Source: Flavobacterium sp.
GTDB taxonomy: Bacteria; Bacteroidota; Bacteroidia; Flavobacteriales; Flavobacteriaceae
Assembly (NCBI RefSeq): GCF_046155325.1
Contig: NZ_JBJXDQ010000003.1
Location: 4,804-68,803 of the forward strand
Length of the DNA stretch: 64,000 nt
Reading direction: 5' to 3'
Positions 37,896 through 46,327 of this stretch are shown in pieces. Made by a program: the position numbers and the translations under genes. Below the pieces are notes generated by a model. That model did no database searches. It worked only from the letters and a program-made list of their open reading frames with translations, and was not told the DNA's origin. The first letter of the stretch is position 1. Every line of letters begins with the position of its first letter.

Positions 37896-37896
37896 A

Positions 37897-37922
37897 AATC
37901 CCAAACTTTGAGGTTTGGGATT
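37897..37922. terminator. Terminator between convergent genes
   Basis: aatcccaaac/gtttgggatt stem. Confidence 0.7.
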
Positions 37923-37949
37923 ATGAAATTTCTTAAATCTAATTAGGCT

Positions 37950-38882
37950 CTATTTTACATCCATTAGTTCAACATCAAAAATTAAGGTAGCATTTGGTGG
38001 TATTGCTCCGCCAGCACCACGAGATCCATACCCTAAATCAGACGGAATAACAAAACGAGCCTTGTCGCCTACTTTTAATAAAGCAATCCCTTCGTCCCAA
38101 CCTTCAATCACTTGTCCAATTCCTAATTTAAATTCGATTGGTTTTTTTCTTGGATACGAAGAATCAAACACTTTTCCGTTTTCTAATGAACCTTCGTAAT
38201 GTACCGAAACTGTTTTGCCTGCTTCCGCTTGTTTACCCTCTCCTTTTTGTATGAATTGGAAACGCAATCCACTATCCGTTTTTTCAAAACCAGCAGCTAA
38301 TTTTTCCATTTTTGCTTCAGATTCAGCTCTTAGAATTGCATCTCGTTTAAGACGAGCCCCTTTTAAACCAATAAAAGATTCAATGGCATTAAAGTTTTTG
38401 GCTTCCTCACCTACTCTAATTATTTCTAGCGTTTCTAATTTATCGCCTTGTTCTACTGCATCTACAATATCTTGACCATCAATTACATGACCAAAAACGG
38501 TGTGTTTATTGTCTAACCAATCTGTCGGAATATGAGTGATGAAAAACTGAGAACCATTAGAACCCGGTCCTGAATTTGCCATTGATAAAATTCCTGGTCG
38601 GTCATGCTTCAAAGAAGGATGAAATTCATCATCAAATTTGTACCCAGGATCACCTGTTCCAGTTCCTTGAGGACAACCCCCTTGAATCATAAAATCAGGT
38701 ATTACTCTGTGAAAATCTAATCCATCATAAAATTTAGTTCCCTGAGGTTTTACTTTATTTTCCATGTTTCCCTCTGCCAATGCGACAAAATTGCCAACAG
38801 TTCCAGGAGTTAAATCATGTGTTAACTTTACTAAAATAGCCCCTTTTGAGGTATTAAACTTAGCGTATATTCCGTTTTCCAT
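37950..38882 (-). CDS. Peptidyl-prolyl isomerase, cyclophilin-FKBP fusion
   Basis: FHRVIPDFMIQGG..SMANSG..GSQFFIT followed by VHYEG..FDSS..VIEGWDEG..YGSRG..LIFDVEL. Confidence 0.93.
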   Translation of the reverse strand: MENGIYAKFNTSKGAILVKLTHDLTPGTVGNFVALAEGNMENKVKPQGTKFYDGLDFHRVIPDFMIQGGCPQGTGTGDPGYKFDDEFHPSLKHDRPGILSMANSGPGSNGSQFFITHIPTDWLDNKHTVFGHVIDGQDIVDAVEQGDKLETLEIIRVGEEAKNFNAIESFIGLKGARLKRDAILRAESEAKMEKLAAGFEKTDSGLRFQFIQKGEGKQAEAGKTVSVHYEGSLENGKVFDSSYPRKKPIEFKLGIGQVIEGWDEGIALLKVGDKARFVIPSDLGYGSRGAGGAIPPNATLIFDVELMDVK

Positions 38883-38977
38883 TATTATTATTTTTTATTG
38901 AGATGCAAATTTAATATATAATTTACAGAATGAAGAACCTAAAATTGGATTTTTGAATTAAATCAAAATTAAATGGT

Positions 38978-39064
38978 ATGAATTCTATTTATAACAAAGT
39001 TGACAATGCAAAAATGATTGAAAGAATCAATGCTTTAAATCCAGAAAACAAAGCGGTTTGGGGC
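38978..39064 (+). pseudogene. 5' remnant of a DUF1569/DinB-like gene
   Basis: Reads MNSIYNKVDNAKMIERINALNPENKAVWG, then runs directly into the antisense strand of the yceI-like gene end. Confidence 0.6.
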
Positions 39065-39069
39065 ATAAA

Positions 39070-39615
39070 TTACTTGCCTTCAAGAATTAGTTTTATATCA
39101 ATACCAATATCTTCTGCAATTTTACTTTTAACCAAACTTGGTATAGCTATTCCATAATCTTTAGCCTTAACAGTCAGATTGCTCGTTGCTATTATTTTTC
39201 CAGCATTAGAAACAAGGGATATTTTGGTTTTTACTTTTTTTGTCACTCCATGTATGGTCAATTCACCTTCTAAATCATAATCTGTTTTTTTAGACGACAA
39301 TTTTGATGCAACAAAATTTGCTATTTTGCCTTTAAAGGTAGCTTTAGGAAATTTAGAAGATTCCATATAATTTTCATTAAAATGTTCTTCCATTAACGGC
39401 GCTTTGAATTTGAATGCTTTGATTAAAGCCAATACAGCAAAATCTCCTGTTGACTGATCTAATATAGCCGAAACTGTTGTGTTTTTTGCAGCTACCTCTT
39501 CGAAGGCAGGCATCGAAGCTTCAAACTTAATTTCTCCTGAACGGGTCATCATTTTTTGCGAAAAGCCCAGTTGTGCAACAAAAAACATGATTACTAATGT
39601 GATGATCTTTTTCAT
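39070..39615 (-). CDS. YceI family protein
   Basis: Signal peptide; IKAFKFKAPLMEEHFNENYMES; GELTIHGVTK. Confidence 0.88.
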   Translation of the reverse strand: MKKIITLVIMFFVAQLGFSQKMMTRSGEIKFEASMPAFEEVAAKNTTVSAILDQSTGDFAVLALIKAFKFKAPLMEEHFNENYMESSKFPKATFKGKIANFVASKLSSKKTDYDLEGELTIHGVTKKVKTKISLVSNAGKIIATSNLTVKAKDYGIAIPSLVKSKIAEDIGIDIKLILEGK

Positions 39616-39627
39616 TATATTACTTTT

Positions 39628-39972
39628 TTAATTAATATATCCTTGAAAAGCCCAAAGTTTAATCAAATCTATTGTTGTTTGAGGCATTCTTCCTGATTTA
39701 GGCATAACCTCGCAGGATTTACCTTCAATTCTACAAATTAAATCCCCATTTTCTATAGCATCTTTTACCTCTGCATAGCTTTCTAAACTAGGAAATTGTG
39801 AGCCATGACAACCGGTACAAGTAGATCGAATTATTGGTTCCACATCTTTTGTATAGGTTGGATTCGCTACTACTTGCGAAATTTCCTGATAGGTGCTTGA
39901 TTCACAAGAATTAAAAACAGAACCCAAGACAATTATAAGGGCTAACAAAACTACCAAAATTATTTTTTTCAT
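39628..39972 (-). CDS. Small lipoprotein with a CxxCH heme-c motif
   Basis: Lipobox FNSC; CTGCH at 39805-39819; downstream MP. Confidence 0.75.
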   Translation of the reverse strand: MKKIILVVLLALIIVLGSVFNSCESSTYQEISQVVANPTYTKDVEPIIRSTCTGCHGSQFPSLESYAEVKDAIENGDLICRIEGKSCEVMPKSGRMPQTTIDLIKLWAFQGYIN

Positions 39973-39989
39973 AACTAATTACTTTTAAT

Positions 39990-40853
39990 TTAAAATACTC
40001 TATACAAATTAAAACCAAAATAAATAGGACCTCCTGACCAATCGCCTGCGGGTTTTGACAAAAAGCCTACATCATTTAAGGCTTGACTGTTGGAGAAAAC
40101 CAATTGAAAAACGTGACCGCCAGTTTCAATATCTAAACCAAGAGTAAGTGGATTTTGAAATGCAGAACTATTGCCCTCCACTTTATTCAATCGAGCAGCA
40201 TATTCTAGGTTGATGCTCATTCTTTTGGCGATTTTATAACGCGCTCCTGAACCTATAAAAAACTCGTTTTTTTCTTCCACACCAAATTCGTATAAATTTT
40301 TGTGAATATAAATGGGATTCAATTGAACAGAAAAAGATTCGGAAAATTTTCTAGAAACCAATAATTGTGTTGAAAAGGATAATCGATTATTGAATTCTAA
40401 ACCTGGCAATAAATCTTTATCTAATTTACTATTGATATCCATAGTATTATAGCCCACAATTGTTACCGGAAATCCATTTTTTAATTGATTGGCTAATTTG
40501 TATTTGGCCGTTAATTCATAAATTTTATCTAAAGTGTGTCTTGAAGCACCCAATGACAACCAATCGGTTACACCATAAATACCACCAAGTTCTGTGTTGG
40601 CATCATCCAATCCAAAAAAATTATCAAAACCATTGGTTAAATCCCCAAATCGGTGTGAAACAATCATGTACCACTCCCCTTTTGAGGTTAATTTTGTCGA
40701 TTGCATATTACATATTTGCAATCCTTTGAATGCCGAAGTCTCAATTTCCTTGGTGTCTGATTTCTCACTAGTCAATTGATTTAATAAATCATCTTGTGCG
40801 GAAGCAAATCCAACGGTAAAAAACAAAATTGTAAAACATAAAAAATTTTTCAT
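39990..40853 (-). CDS. DUF5777-like beta-barrel protein
   Basis: Signal peptide; SHRFG, ETGGHVFQLVFSN, GFNLYRVF ending. Confidence 0.8.
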   Translation of the reverse strand: MKNFLCFTILFFTVGFASAQDDLLNQLTSEKSDTKEIETSAFKGLQICNMQSTKLTSKGEWYMIVSHRFGDLTNGFDNFFGLDDANTELGGIYGVTDWLSLGASRHTLDKIYELTAKYKLANQLKNGFPVTIVGYNTMDINSKLDKDLLPGLEFNNRLSFSTQLLVSRKFSESFSVQLNPIYIHKNLYEFGVEEKNEFFIGSGARYKIAKRMSINLEYAARLNKVEGNSSAFQNPLTLGLDIETGGHVFQLVFSNSQALNDVGFLSKPAGDWSGGPIYFGFNLYRVF

Positions 40854-40894
40854 TCTCTTTTAATTTTAATTTAAATTACTTTTAATTATCAGTA

Positions 40895-41287
40895 TTATTG
40901 AGCTTTAAAGCATTGATCCAATTTTATTTCGCCCATTAAATCATCATAACCTACAAGCCTCCCTTTTAATGTTATACTTTGATTTTCTTTTATTGTGGCA
41001 TCAGCATCCTTCAAATTACATATTATTGAATTATCCAAAATCACTTCTTTTCCATTAATTGAAGTAACTGTTCCAGCTATAGCAATAGCTTTGTCGAGAT
41101 ATTTTTTGTTACAGCCTTCAACATTTGCAGCATACTCATCAATTAAATTTTTTGAATTCATACAAAATGCTGAATCTTCACTGGACAAATCTCGAGCTCC
41201 ACCATGCAAAACATAATTAAATCCAATTACAGCAACAATAACAATTACTACAACTGATAGGCTAATGATTATTTTTTTTTTTGTCAT
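40895..41287 (-). CDS. Membrane-anchored OB-fold protein (tRNA_anti-like)
   Basis: N-terminal TM; KYLDKAIAIAGTVTSI..GRLVGYDDL..LDQC. Confidence 0.75.
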   Translation of the reverse strand: MTKKKIIISLSVVVIVIVAVIGFNYVLHGGARDLSSEDSAFCMNSKNLIDEYAANVEGCNKKYLDKAIAIAGTVTSINGKEVILDNSIICNLKDADATIKENQSITLKGRLVGYDDLMGEIKLDQCFKAQ

Positions 41288-41393
41288 TTAATACAATTTT
41301 AAGTAAGAGTTGTAATTCTAGATTCAAACGTTTGTAAATATAACTTATTATAATTATCGAAAATAAACTGAAGTAAATTTTAACTTTAATTAA

Positions 41394-43631
41394 CTACAAA
41401 ACCAATAAACCAAAATCTCTCAAAGTATTGACCGGTTTTGAATACCAAAACAATTCGAAATCATTAAAATGAATTTCAAAATCAGATTTTACTTCCTGAA
41501 ATGAATAGATTTTTGAATTTGAAACCGATATTTTCTGGAGTATTTGAACCAACCATTCTCCCTCATTTTTCGCTGTTTGAATGGTAAAGCTTTCCTTTTT
41601 GTCGTGAAAAGTCAAAGTCATCATTTCCCAACTGTTTCCTTTTTTGGACTTTGTAAAATATTCTAAAGTTGGCATTCCTCCTAGCCAAACTATTTTGGCT
41701 GTCGGTTTAATATTAAAATCTAAATCTTTAAGCAAGGCTTCAGAGATAAAATCAGGATGAATTTTGGTTTTTGGAATCTTAAAATCGAACCATTCTTGCA
41801 ATTCGTAGTCAAAACAAATTCCGTGCATAAAATTGAATAAGGATTTTTTTAAACCATAACTAAATTGATTATGATCTATTCCTGTTTCATCAACGAAGTT
41901 TATATCGTTATTAGCAAAAGTCCCAACAACTTCGGTTTCTTTCACCACGCCAAATTTCTCTGGATACATTCCCACAGGACTGTGTGCTGTCATCGCAAAT
42001 TGATGCCAGAAACCCGATTGCAAAACCCCAACTTCAAACAATTGTCGCACCATTTCGAGGCTATCTACAGTTTCCTGAACCGTTTGCGTGGGATAACCAT
42101 ACATCAAATAAGCATGAACCATGATGTTGGCTTCGGTAAAATTGCGAGTCACTTTAGCCACTTGTTCGACCGTTACGCCTTTGTCTATCAATTGTAATAA
42201 TCGGTCTGAGGCTACTTCGAGTCCTCCCGAAACGGCAATACATCCGGAAGCTTTGAGCAATAAACATAAATCTCTAGTAAAACTTTTTTCGAAACGAATG
42301 TTCGTCCACCACGTAACTGATAATTTCCTGCGCAGAATTTCTAGTGCCAACGCTTTCATTAAGGCTGGAGGTGCTGCTTCATCTACAAAATGAAAACCAT
42401 TTTCACCCGTTTGCGCTATCATCTCTTCCATTCGATCACACAAAATATTGGCGGCGATGGGCTCGTAAACCTTAATATAATCTAACGAAATATCGCAAAA
42501 AGTACATTTTCCCCAATAGCAACCGTGTGCCATCGTGAGTTTGTTCCATCGACCATCGCTCCACATTCGGTGCATGGGATTGACTATCTCAATAACCGAA
42601 ATGTATTTGTCTAATAGCAAATCTGAATAATCGGGTGTGCCAACTTGAGATTGTTTGTAATCGGATTTTAATGAATTGTTTTTATAAACTACTTTGCCGT
42701 TTTCAAGAAGGAAAGTTCTTTTAAATTGCCCTTCGACAAGCTCAGGGTGACAAACTGCATTTACGAGTAACTCCACTGGTAATTCGCCGTCATCTAAAGT
42801 AATGAAATCGAAAAACTCAAATACACGAGTGTCTGAAAGCGAACGCAATTCGGTATTAGGAAAACCACCACCCATGGCAATTTTGATATTTGGGTGGTGT
42901 TTCTTTACCCATTGAGCCGAACGAAAAGCCGCATATAAATTCCCCGGGAAAGGTACTGAAATCAGGAATAATTTGGGTTGAATGGTTTCGATTTTTTCTT
43001 TTAGAATCGATATTAAAATTACATCAATATAAGTTGGTTCTTGTTGCAGAGCTTCATACAATTCGTCGAATGAATTAGCAGAGCGACCCAATCGTTCTGC
43101 GTAGCGACTGAAACCAAAATTAGCATCGACACATTCTACAATAAAATCGGAAATGTCTTCGAGGTATAAAGTCGCTAGATGTTTGGCTTTGTCTTGCGTT
43201 CCCATCGTTCCGAAAGCCCAATCCAATTCCTCCAATTGTGCAAAACGAGAAGCTTCAGGCAAATAATCTTCCTGACAAATTTGTAATGCCAATGTTGGGT
43301 TTTTCCCCTGAAGAAATGCAATAACACTATCTATGGTTTTAATGTATTCGTCTTGGAGAGCGAGAATTCTTTGGGTGTTTATTGTTAAAATGGAACGCAT
43401 CTCGACTGCGCTCGAGGTGACACCTTCATTGTTACAAAACAAATTTTCAAGTCCTTCTTTAGAAAATAATTTCAAAATCACTTCAATGCCTAAATCAGCT
43501 TGAGTTGTCTGAATGTTTTTGGTATTCAGAAACCCTTTGATATAAGCGGTTGCTGGATACGGTGTATTCAGTTGAGTAAAGGGTGGTGTGATGAGGAATA
43601 CTTTGCTTTTCAAAGGAATTGTTTTGTGCAA
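41394..43631 (-). CDS. B12-binding domain radical SAM protein
   Basis: ITPPFTQLNTPYPA; HGCYWGKCTFC; alternative TTG start at 43613. Confidence 0.9.
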   Translation of the reverse strand: MHKTIPLKSKVFLITPPFTQLNTPYPATAYIKGFLNTKNIQTTQADLGIEVILKLFSKEGLENLFCNNEGVTSSAVEMRSILTINTQRILALQDEYIKTIDSVIAFLQGKNPTLALQICQEDYLPEASRFAQLEELDWAFGTMGTQDKAKHLATLYLEDISDFIVECVDANFGFSRYAERLGRSANSFDELYEALQQEPTYIDVILISILKEKIETIQPKLFLISVPFPGNLYAAFRSAQWVKKHHPNIKIAMGGGFPNTELRSLSDTRVFEFFDFITLDDGELPVELLVNAVCHPELVEGQFKRTFLLENGKVVYKNNSLKSDYKQSQVGTPDYSDLLLDKYISVIEIVNPMHRMWSDGRWNKLTMAHGCYWGKCTFCDISLDYIKVYEPIAANILCDRMEEMIAQTGENGFHFVDEAAPPALMKALALEILRRKLSVTWWTNIRFEKSFTRDLCLLLKASGCIAVSGGLEVASDRLLQLIDKGVTVEQVAKVTRNFTEANIMVHAYLMYGYPTQTVQETVDSLEMVRQLFEVGVLQSGFWHQFAMTAHSPVGMYPEKFGVVKETEVVGTFANNDINFVDETGIDHNQFSYGLKKSLFNFMHGICFDYELQEWFDFKIPKTKIHPDFISEALLKDLDFNIKPTAKIVWLGGMPTLEYFTKSKKGNSWEMMTLTFHDKKESFTIQTAKNEGEWLVQILQKISVSNSKIYSFQEVKSDFEIHFNDFELFWYSKPVNTLRDFGLLVL
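42729..42752 (-). repeat. TGTCA-type REP-like unit in frame inside the radical SAM gene
   Basis: tgtcaccctgagcttgtcgaaggg encodes CHPELVEG. Confidence 0.75.
43398..43422 (-). repeat. Second TGTCA-type REP-like unit in frame inside the radical SAM gene
   Basis: tgtcacctcgagcgcagtcgagatg encodes VTSSAVEM; internal ctcga/tcgag stem. Confidence 0.75.
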
Positions 43632-43798
43632 AAGTAGGTTATTTTCGAAAATAATTTGAAACCCTCACCAACAACTTAACACATATATAATTCCATTGCA
43701 ATCAAACTTCTAGAAACTTTATAAATTTTTTCTATAAATAAAATAGGTACTACTTGATTAGTTCTAAAAAGTTATATTTGCCACCAAGAAAAAAAATA

Positions 43799-44926
43799 AT
43801 GAAAATAATTCTTACCGGAGCAACAGGCGTTTTAGGTTCTCATATTATGTATGAGATTTTGGAACTTTTCATAAAAAAACCCAATGTTGATAATAAGTTG
43901 TATCTTCTAGTCAGAAAAAACAAAACCACATCGGCTAATGAACGAATTAACACTTTACTATCAAGTGATTACACTCCAAATAATATTAATAAAATTGGAT
44001 TAAACCGACTTAATGAATTCATTACTATTATTGATTTTGATTTAAAAACTGCTCAAGAATCTTTTTTAAAAGAACTAAAAGGAGCCTACCTCATACACTC
44101 GGCAGGTTATGTAAATCTCTCTACTGACATCGAATTAAAAGAAAAGATTTTTAATGAAAATGTACAACTTACAAAGTCTCTTTTTTCCATATTACATACC
44201 TATCTAAAAAAATTTATTTATATAGGAACCGCTTTTTCCTCGGGAGCACGAAAAGGATTGATTGACAATAATTTTCATAATTTAGATTTTACACCAGAGC
44301 ACCGCAACGAATATGAATATGCTAAGTTTCACTCTGAAAACTTTATTGCTACTGAATGTAAAGCAATAGGCCTACCATTTCAAATATTACGACCAAGTGT
44401 AATCGGTGGCAAAATGCTTGGAAATGAAAACAATTTTTTTATACCAAAATACATGGTTTTTTATCTTTTGGCTAAATTCTTCTATTTTACAGCCAAACGA
44501 AAAGGAAAACAAGAATATGTACGTTTTATAATTAATTACCAATCAAGTTTAAATATAATCCCTGTAGATTATGTTGCCAAAGTTGTTGCACAAACTTTTG
44601 AAAGAAATGATATAGAACAACTAAATATTGTAAACTTCAAGAGTTTTAATATGAAAGAAGGTTTGGAGTTGATTATGAAAGAAGTAGAATACCCGAATTT
44701 TTCTTTTTTAGAAAGTAAATTAAATTTTGAATATGAGAATTCAATCGAAAAAATATATTATGAAAGCATTGGAAAGCATTTAAAGCCCTATTTTATTTCA
44801 GATGCAAACGAATATGACACCACTTTATTGAATTCAATTCTCGAAATTCCAAAGCTCGACAATACCTCTTTTACAAATATGATTCGATATGCTATTGCTA
44901 ATAATTTTCAAGATAGTAAAGTGTGA
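43799..44926 (+). CDS. Extended SDR / male-sterility-like NAD-binding oxidoreductase
   Basis: TGATGVLG, LIHSAG, YEYAK (YxxxK), LRPSVIGG. Confidence 0.85.
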   Translation: MKIILTGATGVLGSHIMYEILELFIKKPNVDNKLYLLVRKNKTTSANERINTLLSSDYTPNNINKIGLNRLNEFITIIDFDLKTAQESFLKELKGAYLIHSAGYVNLSTDIELKEKIFNENVQLTKSLFSILHTYLKKFIYIGTAFSSGARKGLIDNNFHNLDFTPEHRNEYEYAKFHSENFIATECKAIGLPFQILRPSVIGGKMLGNENNFFIPKYMVFYLLAKFFYFTAKRKGKQEYVRFIINYQSSLNIIPVDYVAKVVAQTFERNDIEQLNIVNFKSFNMKEGLELIMKEVEYPNFSFLESKLNFEYENSIEKIYYESIGKHLKPYFISDANEYDTTLLNSILEIPKLDNTSFTNMIRYAIANNFQDSKV

Positions 44927-44940
44927 TATTCGAGGCTATA

Positions 44941-46224
44941 TCAAAACTCCTCCTCTTTCTTCCGAATCATTAAAAGTGCCGCAAAAGAAATCAAAGCAGC
45001 TGCCGATAAATAAAAACCAACATAGGCAAGTCCGTGATTTTTGGCTAGCCAAATAGCAATTAACGGAGCGAAAGCAGCCCCAATGATTCCTGCAAAATTA
45101 AACGTAAGCGAAGCACCAGAATAACGCACTTCTGTTGGGAATAATTCAGAAAGAAAGGTTCCCAAAGGCCCGTAAGTTAATCCCATCAGGGTCATTCCTA
45201 AACACAAAAATAGTGTGATTAATGTTGCGTTTCCAGAACCCAAAAGTAAAGAAAAGGTAAATCCAAACAAGGCAATAGCAACCGAAAAAACAATTAGCAC
45301 TAATCTTCGACCAAATCTATCGGCTAAAAGTGCTGAAATAGGGATGGATATTCCAAAGAAAAAAACGGAAAAAAGTTGCATAATAAGAAGGTCACGTCGT
45401 GCATAACCTAAGTCGGTTCCGGCCCAACTCAAAGAAAAAACAGTCAATAAATAGAAAGTCAAAAAGGTAGTTACAGCGGCTAGAGTTCCAAAAACGAGTT
45501 CTCGGCGGTAAGACTTCAACAAGGTTAGCAAAGGAATTTGCACTTTTTGATTCGTTTCCAAAGAAGATAGAAAAGCAGGAGTTTCTGTAATTTTCAATCG
45601 AATGTAAAATCCAACCATAACTAATACAGCACTGGCTATAAAAGGAATTCTCCAACCATAATCAAAAAATTGCTCGTTTGTCATGTTGTCACTCAACAAA
45701 AGGAATGTTCCTCCAGAAAGCAACAAACCAATGGGCGCTCCCAGTTGTGGAAACATACCGTACCAGGCTCTTTTTCCTGGAGGTGCGTTTTCAATGGCCA
45801 ATAAAACGGCTCCTCCCCATTCGCCACCAAGTCCTAATCCTTGACCAAACCTACAAACCATTAACAATATAGGGGCAACAATCCCTATGCTGGCATAAGT
45901 GGGAAGAAATCCAATAGCAACGGTTGAAACCCCCATCGTCAATAAGGCAGCCACTAATGTTGCTTTTCTTCCTATTTTATCCCCATAATGGCCAAAAACT
46001 GCAGAGCCTATAGGGCGAGCAAAAAATGCAATCGAGAAAGTCGCCAATGACTCAATTGTTGAAATAGTAGAATCAGATCCTGGGAAAAACAGTTGTGGAA
46101 AAACCAATACAGCGGCATTGGCAAAAATATAAAAATCGAAAAACTCAATGGTGGTGCCAATTAAACTACCAAAAAGAACATGTTTTAAAGAATTTACTTT
46201 ATTCGGACTTGAATTTTCTTTCAT
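44941..46224 (-). CDS. MFS transporter, metabolite:H+ symporter family
   Basis: GTTIEFFDFYIF, GDKIGRK, QGLGLGGEWGGA. Confidence 0.93.
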   Translation of the reverse strand: MKENSSPNKVNSLKHVLFGSLIGTTIEFFDFYIFANAAVLVFPQLFFPGSDSTISTIESLATFSIAFFARPIGSAVFGHYGDKIGRKATLVAALLTMGVSTVAIGFLPTYASIGIVAPILLMVCRFGQGLGLGGEWGGAVLLAIENAPPGKRAWYGMFPQLGAPIGLLLSGGTFLLLSDNMTNEQFFDYGWRIPFIASAVLVMVGFYIRLKITETPAFLSSLETNQKVQIPLLTLLKSYRRELVFGTLAAVTTFLTFYLLTVFSLSWAGTDLGYARRDLLIMQLFSVFFFGISIPISALLADRFGRRLVLIVFSVAIALFGFTFSLLLGSGNATLITLFLCLGMTLMGLTYGPLGTFLSELFPTEVRYSGASLTFNFAGIIGAAFAPLIAIWLAKNHGLAYVGFYLSAAALISFAALLMIRKKEEEF

Positions 46225-46327
46225 TTGAATGTTATAATATTTTCGATAAAAATGAGGTTATTATTTGAAAGTAGCAAATATTTAGTTCCAATAATTTTTG
46301 GTATTTTTACTCCAAATTAATCTCACT

